DNA from: Anaeramoeba ignava BMAN
Taxonomy: Eukaryota > Protista > Anaeramoebae
Direction: 5' to 3'
Assembly (NCBI GenBank): GCA_028826165.1
Contig: JAPDFW010000092.1
Span: forward strand, 434,001 to 498,000
Length of the DNA: 64,000 nucleotides
Positions 38,830-49,675 of the stretch are shown here, one piece after another. Below the pieces are notes generated by a model. That model was not told the DNA's origin, ran no database searches, and was given only the letters and a program-made list of their open reading frames with translations. Position numbers and translations under genes: made by a program. Numbering within the stretch: the first letter of the stretch is position 1; every line of letters starts with the position of its first letter.

Positions 38830-40224
38830 ATGAGTGAACAGATTTCACTGGAAAAACCTTCCGAAAATCAAAGATTTAGGGAGGTTAGTGACCAAGAAAT
38901 TGAGCATGCACAAACCAACGCTACTCCGTCGAATACTAACAGATCAACAGATACATGGATAAAAGTATGGGAACAATATGCAAAGCAATTTGAATTACCA
39001 ATGGATTTTTCTCTTCTTGATTCTGAGACTCTTCAAATGCATTTATCTAAACTGATCCTCCAACTTAAAACTCAGGATGAACAAGAATATTCCTCTTCAT
39101 CAATTTATTACTGCGCAGCTGGCTGGAATCGGTTTCTGAAGGAACATGATTTCAAAGCGAAAAGACCCGAGAGAAGCCTTCTTCAGGGAAGAGAATTTTG
39201 GAAATTTCAAAACATCCTTCATTATAAGATGAAAATCTTAGATGATTTGGGGAAAGGAGAAAAGAAACATTATGAACCAGTTACCTTAGAAGAATTTCAA
39301 GCATTAAAAGCAACTTTTAATATTTCGGAACCTCGAGGACTTATTGGAACTTTAATACTGCAATTCGGAATTTTCTGCGCGTTCAGGGGGGGAGATTATT
39401 GGAGATTAAAAATGGGGAATGTGACTTTGAAAAAAGATCAACAAGAGTATTTTGAAATTCGTTTATTCCGAGAAAAAAATAACCAAAGAGGATTAAAAGG
39501 AAAACATCAAAAATCAAGAGTGACTTATATCATGGATCCATTAGCTGTACAAAATTTAAAAAACTATTTAGCTCAACGGCTTCCCCAGAATAATGAACGT
39601 TTTTTTCTTGGAATAAATGGCTCCAAAAAAAGGGTGCATCCATTCAAGAATCAGGCTATGGGTAAGAACACATTAAGAAAGATCTTACAGGAAGCTTGTA
39701 AAAAAGCAAAGATTCAAAAGAAGATTACGCTCCATTCTTTGAGAACTACTTGTATTACTTGGCTCAATAAAATGGCTGAATCTACTTCAAGAATTCAATT
39801 ATTATCAGGTCATAAATGTATCGATTCAGTGCAAAATTATAATCATGCCCAAGAAGATATCAAAAAAGAATTAGCAAATAAACTGACTGACTTGATCACC
39901 CCTGCTGAAAGCACGAAGCAGATTTCAGAGCAAACTAAGGATAATTCAGAACAAACTAAGGATAATTCAGAGCAAACTAAGGATAATTCAGAACAAACTA
40001 AGGATAATTCAGAACAAACTAAGGATAATTCAGAACAAACTAAGGAGAAATTGTCGCTTCATTCAAGAAAACACTCCAATCCAGAATTCAAAAAGAAAGA
40101 TGATCATTCACTCGCTATTTCCCAAACTGATTTGACTCTCGATTCTTTGGGAACTATTTTCTCTCGGTGCCACATTCGAAATGTGGATATTTACTTTAGT
40201 TCAAAAAGATCCAAACAAAATTGA
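38830..40224 (+). CDS. Tyrosine recombinase, DUF3504/Crypton (KCTD1/ZMYM-related) type, 464 aa, intronless
   Basis: NT.RST.TW, EYSSSS...GWNRFL, LGKG.K, PRGL, catalytic R (CAFRGG), K (EKNNQRGL), HxxR (LHSLR), H (SGH), Y (VQNY); C-terminal (SEQTKDN)x5-6 and IFSRCHIRNVDI tail. Confidence 0.9.
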   Translation: MSEQISLEKPSENQRFREVSDQEIEHAQTNATPSNTNRSTDTWIKVWEQYAKQFELPMDFSLLDSETLQMHLSKLILQLKTQDEQEYSSSSIYYCAAGWNRFLKEHDFKAKRPERSLLQGREFWKFQNILHYKMKILDDLGKGEKKHYEPVTLEEFQALKATFNISEPRGLIGTLILQFGIFCAFRGGDYWRLKMGNVTLKKDQQEYFEIRLFREKNNQRGLKGKHQKSRVTYIMDPLAVQNLKNYLAQRLPQNNERFFLGINGSKKRVHPFKNQAMGKNTLRKILQEACKKAKIQKKITLHSLRTTCITWLNKMAESTSRIQLLSGHKCIDSVQNYNHAQEDIKKELANKLTDLITPAESTKQISEQTKDNSEQTKDNSEQTKDNSEQTKDNSEQTKDNSEQTKEKLSLHSRKHSNPEFKKKDDHSLAISQTDLTLDSLGTIFSRCHIRNVDIYFSSKRSKQN

Positions 40225-40237
40225 TCTTTTTTCAATT

Positions 40238-40289
<52 letters not shown>

Positions 40290-40336
40290 GATTTTCTTTC
40301 TGGTTTTTTTTTTTTTTTTTTTTTTTTATTTTCACT

Positions 40337-40549
40337 CTTCAGGTCCAATAAATTGGTTATTGCCTTCTAAAAACTCAAATTTCGGAATTTATAGTCTGAC
40401 TTAAAAATTTTTCTTTTTTCTTACACTCGTCTCCGACTCGTTGGAAAAATTGTTTATTGCCCTCGTCTCCGACTCGGGGCAATAAATGGAGAAAAATTTT
40501 TTCGTCAGTGCTATAAATTCCTTATTTTCATTTTTAGAAATCAATAACC
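40337..40549. other. Structured right end of the element: internal complement of the left terminus (40337-40351), 60-bp imperfect inverted arms (40355-40414 / 40490-40549) and two CTCGTCTCCGACTCG ears (40426-40440, 40462-40476)
   Basis: Manual reverse-complement alignment. Confidence 0.9.
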
Positions 40550-40558
40550 TATACTTAT

Positions 40559-41220
40559 AAATTTGTTTATAAATTGATTATAAATTGATTTAGAAATTGA
40601 TTTTAAATTTGTTTATAAATTTGTTTATAAATTTGTTTGTAAATTTGTTTATAAATTGATTTAGAAATTGATTATAAATTGATTTAGAAATTGATTTAGA
40701 AATTGATTTATAAATTGATTTAGAAATTGATTATAAATTTGTTTATAAATTTGTTTATAAATTTCTTAATAAATTTGTTTATAAATTTATTAAAAATTTC
40801 TTAATAAATTTGTTTATAAATTTGTTTAGAAATTGATTATAAATTGATTATAAATTGATTATAAATTGATTTATAAATTGATTTAGAAATTGATTATAAA
40901 TTTGTTTATAAATTGATTTAGAAATTGATTTAGAAATTGTTTATAAATTTGTTTATAAATTTGTTTATAAATTTGTTTATAAATTTGTTTGTAAATTTGT
41001 TTATAAATTTGTTTATAAATTTGTTTATAAATTTGTTTATAAATTTGTTTATAAATTTGTTTGTAAATTTGTTTATAAATTTGTTTGTAAATTTGTTTAT
41101 AAATTTGTTTGTAAATTTGTTTGTAAATTTGATAATAAATTTCTTAATAAATTTGTTAATAAATTCTTTTGTAAATTTGTTTGTAAATTTGTTTGTAAAT
41201 TTGTTTAATAAATTTCTTTG
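40559..41220. repeat. 12-bp satellite (TTATAAATTTGT / TTAGAAATTGAT), right part
   Basis: Directly visible. Confidence 0.9.
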
Positions 41221-41247
41221 TAAATACATAATTCTAATAAGCTCAAA

Positions 41248-42565
41248 TTAATTATTGTTATTATTTAATTTTAGAATTTCTTCCCACTCTTTTTTGAGTT
41301 CTTGTTTAGAAAGATTCATAGAATTTACTGCTGGATTCGATAAAGAAATTTTCTTTTTAACATTCCAATCAGAACCATTAGAAAAACAAGGAAAAGAAAA
41401 AACCATTCCCTTTTCAACACCATACTCACCCTTAGAATAAACACCAACAGAAGTGAGTTTATTTGTAGGATTTACAATCCAATCATTTATTTGATCACAA
41501 GTAGCTTTTGCTATTGAAATATAATTTGGAGATTTTTTCTTCTGTTGAATCAATTGAGTTCTTTCATTAAATTTATTCACAAAGTCATTTTGTTCACTTT
41601 CAGATTCAGAATTCACAAATTTTTGCTCTTCTCCATTCTGAATATAACAAGCATTCGAGAAATCAGGGAATTTTGTTAAACTTGAATTATGTCCCCAAAC
41701 AAAAATATCTTGGATTGATTCGGGATGAACAAGAAATTTTTTGGATAAAACAGTTTTCGCTCGATTTTCTTCAAGACGCATCATTGAGAAAAATATTTCT
41801 TTTTGGAATAGAAGGCGCCTCTTCCAAACAAATTCTGCACATTGTGTTGGAATGAGGACCAACAACTACTGCTCGAAAATCTTGGTTCACTTTTTTTGAA
41901 ATTGCATTTCCATATGTTTTAAATAAAATTGCATTTTCTTTTAAATGATCCAAATCGTTTTTTTTTTCATCTTCTTTATAAGGCTCAATTAAAAATGCAA
42001 AATCACATCCATCAAAAGCTTCTTCTGCATTGCTTGTTGGCAATATCTGCTTCACAGAAGAATATGCGCAATCTTGTATTTCCATAACAATTCCGTTGAG
42101 TTTTTTTTCGTTCTCTTTTTGATCTAGCAAATGAATTGCTAAAGGAGTGTCTGTGAAAAGGTTTCCTCCAATAACTTGAAAAATTAGTGAATATGCCAAT
42201 GGATTTGTTGCGTTTGTAAAGCAAATGTGAATTAAATCTGGAAACTCCACAAACTTACTAAATTCAAATTCATTTTCATTTTCATTTACATTTTGATTTT
42301 CATTTTCATTTTCATTTTGATTTTCATCTTTTCCTTTATCGTCTTTGTTGTCAATGTTGTCTTTATTATATTTTCCTTTATCGTCTTTATTGTCAATGTT
42401 ATCTTTATTGTCTTTATCATCTTTATTGTCAATGTTGTCTTGATTATCTTGATCATCTTTATTGTCTTTGCCTTTTTTATACTGCTTATAAAAAACAGTT
42501 ACAAAAACTACTGCATTAATTGCAAAACATGTATAAGCAATTTTTTTTTGTAAATCATGTGACAT
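41248..42565 (-). CDS. Malate dehydrogenase-like protein (cytosolic MDH1/MDH1B-type fold) with N-terminal transmembrane anchor; frameshift ~41790
   Basis: LAYSLI, LNGIVMEIQDCA, EEAFDGCD, NAILFKTYG.AI, APSIPK, RLEENRA, VWG....FPD, AKATCDQI.DW, SVGVYS.GEYGV..GMVFSFP. Confidence 0.85.
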
Positions 42566-42643
42566 TTTATGTTTCTTTTTTTTTTCTTTTTAATTTAAGA
42601 AAAAAATGAAAAAATGAAAAAAAAAATTTTTTTTTATTGAATT

Positions 42644-45600
42644 TTATTTTTTTTCTTCTTTTTCTTCTGCTAATTCAAAAACTCTCCTAAAAACTCGTTC
42701 CATTTTTTTCCTTTTTCCAAAAAATTTTTTCACCAATTCATTCAAAATATTCTCATTCAAAATCAAATGAGAATTTTCTAATTCAAAATCTAAATCACCT
42801 TTTTTTTTCAAATTTTCATAATTCAAAATTTTGGAAGCAATTTGAAAAAAAACGGATTGAAAAGCGATATTATTGAACTGAACATCATCAATTCCCGATT
42901 TAACTTTGCGACCCAAATGGGACCACCATTTGATAGTTTTTTTATCTCTTCCATCACCTGACTTGACAATTTCTTGCCAAATTTTAAAAATCAACCGAAA
43001 ATTCTCACTTTCATTTCTTTGCAAAATTGTTGAATCAAAAACTTCCAATGCAAAAATAAATTTGAGTTGCGTTTCTTGATGATCCACATTTAAAAACGAA
43101 TCAATCAACTCTTCTGCATCCATAACAGGTTTTTTTTCTGTCAGATTGAGGATTGAATCCTGTTTTTTTCTTCTTGTTTCGTCAATTAAATACTCTAATT
43201 TTTTATGCAATTCTGCAATTCGAATTTCTCTATTCAAATTAAACAATGAATTTTCCTTTTGGTTTGTTTCTTGTGAATCCAAATGGCACAATTTACTAAT
43301 CGATAAATAAGAGTGATATAAATCTAAATCTTGTTTCGCAGTTTTAGCTTGCATTTGTAAGGATTGTGAAGCTGTTTGGAATTCTCTCCATTCGGATATC
43401 ATGAAGCCATGACAACTTCAAATTTTTTGATTGATTTCTTGCTAAATAGTTCTTCAATTTCAAGTTGTATTTGGATGGCAATGTTAAGAGTTTGGTTTCT
43501 TGTTTAGTATCGATATAATATTTAAAAAGATGATCTGCAAAATTGTATTTCTCGAATTTTTCCGCAAATTTATCAATTTTGTCCACCTTATTGAGCTGGT
43601 GGCACAAAAGAATCAATGTATCAAATTCAAAATATTTTTCGCAAAGATGAAATGCTGTTGTGTACTGTTTGAAGTTGATCATATTTTGGATAATATTTTT
43701 CCGGATGAGATCCATTTTGGGTGAATTGAACAACTTGGGAAACTGTGAAAGATAATGATCACTAATTATCCTGAACTGTTTGAATAAGTGATCGTTTGTT
43801 TGAGGCATTTCTTTCAATTTCGTCAAATCAATCAAAATATTTTTCATTGTTTCCCAAAGTGTTTGAATATCACCCTCAATATCTTGAAGGGATTCAAACT
43901 CAGTCACTATATTTTGTGCTTCTTCTATTTCAATTCCATCAATTAAATCACTTTCTTTTATTCTGTTTGTCAATTGTTTTTTGTTTTTTCTTTTGCTCAT
44001 TTTAATATTCATATTCATATTAATATTCATATTCATTTTTATATTCAAAAATTGACCGTCTTGTTTGTATAACATAATATTATCTTCTTGGTATTGCTTT
44101 GCTGAAGTTAAAGCAAGAACCAAAATTTCTGCAAGATGACCAAAAATACCAAGCATTTTTTGATCGTAAGAAAAACGCACTCCTTGACTTTCCAAATCCT
44201 TGATTTCTTCAATAACGCAATGAACAAACCCTTGAATCTGGCTCACATTTCCAAAACATCTTTCTGTCGTTGTCAATCCTTCAAATAAATAATTCTCTTT
44301 GTTTTGTGATTGAATCTCCAAATGCCGATTCATCGCCTTAAGAATTATTTGGTATTGCTGCTGTTGTTGCTCGCTTGAGAGACGTTGAATATAATTGTAA
44401 GTATCTGATGCAATCGAAAGTTTTTCTCTCATCAATAAAATTTCAAGACGTACTTTTGCTGAAAGCGCCGAATAAATCGAATTATATAATATGTACTGAA
44501 TGAAAATATCAAATTGCTCATTTTTGCTTTTGAGTTGATTTTTCAGCAAAATGGGTGTTGCACCAAAATCGTTTGTTTCAACCCAATTAGGTCCACTTAG
44601 TGGAACCTCATCAACAATAAAACTAACAAATTTCAAAACTAAATTTTCAATCTCCTTGATCTTCCTTGATTTTTCTTCAGGATTTTGTGCTTTATAGAAA
44701 ATCCTCAAACAAAACACATTGCATCAATATCTCTTGTGATTGCAATTTTTGTCCATTCATAAATGCCTGAAATGAATCTCTTATATATCTCAAGTAAGGA
44801 GAAACATCTCTGCTCTCCATTTTTTCTTTTGGGAAAATAATTTCATTGCTTGATTTTATGTTTTCTTCGATTCTTTGCTCGCCCGTTTTCATTTCCACAA
44901 ATATTGTGTTTTTCAAAGTTAAAAGAATAATTTTTTTTTCACTTTTGATTGCTCCAATAAATGGTTCTTTTAATGAAAGAACTGAGTATTGATTTAAATT
45001 TTGGTCAAAATTATTGGGTTGATAAACTATCAACTCTCTTGGATAAACAATAAAATTGGTTTCTTGGTTTTTCAATGAAAATAGTTTTGCAGAACTAAAT
45101 TTAGTTTCATCTTTGTTCTAAAAATAATAAAATAATTAATAAATAAATAAATATAAAAAAAATTAATAAAAATAAAAATAAATTACTTCAATAGATTGAA
45201 TTTGCTCAATTTTTAGTTTTTTGTTATTGATAAAGAAATGAACTAAAATTTGTGTTGATTCTTGGAAGGTTTCATCAGGAGGGAAAATTTCACAAAATAG
45301 CAAAATTTTATCAATACTAAAATTTAGAAAAGAAATAGATTAAATTTAAACTATTTTTTTTTTGATTAATTTTTGAATTACTTTTCACAAGAAATATCAA
45401 TAAATCGGATTGTATAGTCGATATTTTCCAACTTCTTTAATTTTGTGATAATTTTTGCTTTGAGATCAAAATTTGCTTCTTGTTTTAATTCAAGTTCCTT
45501 TTCGAAATGGAATTTCCAAATTTGGAATGTTGAATGAAATAAAATGATAATACTTTCATCTGAAACAGAAATAACTCTAGTAATTTCGTCGATATTTAAT

Positions 45601-46835
45601 TGGTTAATTTGGGTTTGATTTTTCTTTTCATTCCATGGAGATAATATTTTGCCAATTCCAGATAAAAATTGAGATGATTGATGAATTTTTTTTGTTGTAA
45701 TTTCCAAGTAATCATTTGAGGAGTTTGAAGATTTGTATTTAAAAAGAATAATAATTAAATTTCCATGTGAAGTTATTAATAAATGAAGGTCGTATAAATT
45801 GTATTTTTGAAAGAAGTTGTTGTAACCAGAGCATGGAAATGTGAGTCTAATTTCTTCGTCATTTTCAAGTTCTAAAGAGCTTGTTAGATAATAAACATCA
45901 TTTGAATTATTTGGTTGATACCAGTATTTGATATTTCCTTGAAAAGTTGTTAAAAAAACATTTTGAAAAGTTTGATTTTTAGGAACGAAATGTCTGATTG
46001 AAATGAGGTTTTGATTAAAAGATTGAATATTTTTTTCGTCACAAATAGGGAATGTTTTCAAAGACTTTTTTTTTAAATAAAATTCAATTTAAAATTTAAT
46101 TTAAAATTAAAATTATAATTAAAATTAAAATTAAAATTAAAATTATAAATCAAAATTAAAATTAAAATTAATATTTAAATCAAAATTAAAATTAATATTA
46201 AAATTCGAAATTAAAATTAAAATTAAAATTAAAATTAAAATTTAAATCAAAATTAAAATTAAAATAAAAATTTAATTCGAAATTAAAATTAAAATTAAAA
46301 TTAAAATTAAAATTAAAATTAAAATTAAAATTAAAATTAAAATTAAAATTAAAATTAAAATTAAAATTAATATTAAAATTAAAATTAATATTTAAATTAA
46401 AATTAAATTTAAAATTCAATTCGAAATTCAATTCGAAAATTAAAATCAAAATTAAAAATTAATACAAACATCTTTATCAAAAATATTCCAAATAGTAATA
46501 AAATTATTTGAAATGTAAAAAGCAAATCCATTTGAAAATAATTTGCAAGGAAAAGAATATTGTTGTGATAAATTTTCTATTAAATTTTGAGTAATATTTT
46601 GAGGTGGTGGATTTATTATTTGAGAAGTTAAATTTTGAATTTTTGATAATTGATAAGTAAAATTTGTAAATTGATGTTGTTGAATTTTTTGAGTTTTTCT
46701 TGAAGAAGTTGGAATAGAAAATAAAAGCATAGAATTATGAATTAAATTTGATTCTTGTTTTTGAGTGATTTTATGTTTTCTAAAAGAAGAATCTTGTTCA
46801 TTTCTTAAATTTTTTCTTGGAGTTAAAGTAAACAT
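42644..46835 (-). CDS. NUP133: Nucleoporin Nup133-like (multi-exon, frameshifts ~44700 and ~43390)
   Basis: AFHLCEKYFEFDTLILLC, FADHLFKYYI, KLLTLP, LSWLHDI, ASQSL..QA, LSISKL match the Nup133 C-terminal alpha-solenoid; beta-rich N-terminal exons. Confidence 0.75.
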
Positions 46836-47143
46836 TTTAAGAAATGAAAAAAATGAAAAATGAAAAAAATGAAAAAAATGAAAAATGAAAAAAAGTTTTT
46901 AAATTTGACTTTTATTTGTTTTTAAAATTGTTTTTGTTTTTGTTTTTAAATTTGACTTTTATTTGAATTTGTTTTTAAATTTGTTTTGAAATTGTTGTTG
47001 AATTTGTTTTTGTTTTTAAATTTGTTTTTGTTTTTGTTGTTGAAAAAAAAAAAGAAATAAAAGGAGAAAAAAAAATAATTTTTCTCTTTTTGTTTTTGTT
47101 TTGTTTTGTTTTGTTTTGTTTTGTTTTTGTTTTGTTTTTTTTT

Positions 47144-47174
<31 letters not shown>

Positions 47175-47190
47175 GTTTTCAAAAGAAAAG

Positions 47191-48278
47191 CTATTTCTTC
47201 TTTTTATCCTTGACATCAATTTCAAAATCTAAACTATCATCAGAAGAAACACTTTTACCACGTTCTTGTTTTAAATCAGGATTAGAAGTTTGTTTTTCAT
47301 TCAAATTAGGATAAATTGAGAAGTTATTAAGTTCAATTCCATCATCACTTGAATCACTAATTGAATCATTCAATTCTTGTTTTTCGACATTTTTTGATTT
47401 CTTTTTGTTTTTTTTTGGTTTTGAAATTTTTTCAGGATTTTCATCAGGATCATTAATAGGAAGTGCGCTGTATTTAAGTGATTTGTTTGTTTTTCCCTTC
47501 TTGAATTTGCGCGCAATTTGTGCGAATTTCTTCTTTGATTCTGGTCCCATATGAGTTAAGTTAACTTTGAAAGTGGCTTCGTCCATGTCCTCAAGCAAAT
47601 AGTTTTTTGAGCTATCCTTCTGATCATTTGGCACAGACGGCTCTTTCTCGTTCTTTCTTTTCTTGACGGTTTTCGGGTTGTTTTTTTTTTGACAGTTTTT
47701 TTTGCTTCTTGTTTTTCTTTTTTTTCTTTTTCTTTTTGTTTTGCTTTTTCTTTTTTTTCTTTTTCTTTTTTCGACTTTTCTGCTCTTTTTTCTCTTCTCA
47801 TGATATCATTACCAAGCATTTCTCTGAATTCCGCATCGCCCTGAAGAGTATTCAAGAACTCTCTATTTGCAAGCATTTGCGCCAGTTGGGAGTCCTTTTG
47901 AATCTGTTTCATTTCTTCTTTTGAACGGGGTCTTGAAGTGACACCCGCATCATCATCATATTGTAAAAATCCTGGTGGCAACAAAGATCGTCTAAAACGG
48001 GGTTGCGGTTGCATCGGTTGCATATAGTATTGTTGTGGTACTCCGTACACACCCTGTGGATATACTCCTTGCATCATTTGCTGTCTTGGTTGGCTTTGTA
48101 CTTGTCTTGCTGGCTTGACTTGTGGGTTTTTTGGATCAAGTGTTAAAAGTTCAGTTATTGTTCTTTCAAGTCTTCCTTGATTTTTACGTATTACTTGGAT
48201 TAGAATTTCTTCTTGGAAATCGGGAAACATTTCTTTTAATGTTGTAAGCGCTTCTTTTAATGATATTGTTTGTGACAT
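47191..48278 (-). CDS. CUE (ubiquitin-binding) domain protein; frameshift in the poly-T tract ~47690
   Basis: LTTLKEMFPDFQEEILIQVIRKNQGRLERTITELL is a CUE motif (MFP...LL); QIQKDSQLAQMLAN.EFL. Confidence 0.75.
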
Positions 48279-48759
48279 TTTAAAAAAAAAAATAAAATGA
48301 AAAAAAATAAAAAAAAATGAAAAAAAATGAAAAAATGAAAATTAAAATTTTTTTTTCCTTTTTATTTTTTTTTCTTCTTTATTTTTATTATTATTATTAT
48401 GACTGGTAAAGTAATTTATTTAAGATTTCATTTTAATGAATATTGTTTTATAATGAATATTGTTTAAAATTTATCTTAAATTTATCTTAAATTTTTGGAA
48501 CCTTTTAAAATTTAAAAACTAATTAGAAAAATTATAAAACAAAAAAATTAAAAGATCAAAATTTTATTTATGTTGAAGTTTGTTTTAATTTAAACTTTTT
48601 TTTGAACTTTTTCTTTTTAACTTTTTTAATTTTGGAACTTTTACATGCAAGACTTATTGAATGGTTTTTAATGAATTTGAATTAAAAACTCAATTAGAAG
48701 TTAATATTAAAGGTTGCACAACAATGATTTTCATCAAAACTGACAAGAAATGATCCAAT

Positions 48760-49590
48760 TTTTAAATCCAATTTTAAATATAATTTTAATTCCAATTTTA
48801 AATCCAATTTTAAATCCAATTTTAATTTAATTTTAAACTAATTTTTAAATCTAATTTTAAATCTAATTTTAATTCTAAAATTTTGGGTAATTTTAAATGC
48901 AATTTTTATTTTAAATCAATTTTTTTAAATATGGATTTTAAAAATTTTAAAATAATTTTTAATTTTAAATATAATTTTAAATCAATATTAATTTTTTAAA
49001 TATAATGACAATTTTAAATATAATTTTAAATCTATAATTTTTAATTCCAATTTTAAATCCAATTTTAAATCCAATTTTAATTATAATTTTAAATCCAATT
49101 TTAATTCTAATTTTAAATCTAATTTTAAATATAATTTTAAATATAATTTTAAAATTTTTAAACTTAATTTTAAATATAATTTTAAATATAATTTTAAATA
49201 TAATTTTAATTTTAAATATAATTTTAAATCTAATTTTTAAATATAATTTTAAATATAATTTTAAATTTAATTTTAAATATAATTTTAAATCTAATTTTAA
49301 ATATAATTTTAAATATAATTTTTAAATATAATTTTAAATATAATTTTTAATAAATATTTTAATTATAATTTTTAATTTTAAATATAATTTTAAATATAAT
49401 TTTAATTCTAATTTTAAATTTAATTTTAAATATAATTTTAAATATAATTTTAAATATAATTTTAAATATAATTTTAAATATAATTTTAAATCTAATTTTA
49501 AATATAATTTTAAATCTAATTTTAAATATAATTTTAAAATATAAAAATAATTTTAAAAAAATATAATTTTAAATCTAATTTTAATTTAAT
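48760..49590. repeat. ~12-bp repeat (TTTTAAATATAA)n downstream of NFS1
   Basis: Directly visible. Confidence 0.8.
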
Positions 49591-49675
49591 TTTTAATGAA
49601 ATCAATAAAATTTCCAAAAATTTTTAATTTGAAAAAGAAAAAGAAAAAGAAAAAGATTTTGAATCAATGAATTAA

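Larger units (their letters stand above)
38324..40558 (+). mobile_element. Crypton-type tyrosine-recombinase DNA element bounded by TTAT direct repeats, with internal complementary region and T-shaped terminal hairpin
   Basis: TTAT at 38324-38327 and 40555-40558; removing the element restores the satellite unit GAAATTGATTTATAAATTTGTTT seen at ~38207; single YR ORF; structured ends (see findings). Confidence 0.85.

Noticed and set aside
38324-40558. DIRS retrotransposon or TIR/DDE transposon
   Set aside because: No gag, RT or RNaseH ORF and no DDE motif; the inverted copy of the left end is subterminal, not terminal
798-48278. Programmed frameshifting or mass pseudogenisation in BTB, actin, ZW10, DOCK, MDH, Nup133 and CUE genes
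   Set aside because: Shifts fall mostly in homopolymer or short-repeat runs and affect normally essential genes; long-read indel errors are the simpler explanation (needs polishing to confirm)
48630-48760. Possible C/D snoRNA or other ncRNA in the unique intergenic stretch (ATGAT...CTGA)
   Set aside because: C box is imperfect, the spacing is short, and no convincing terminal stem or rRNA guide was identified
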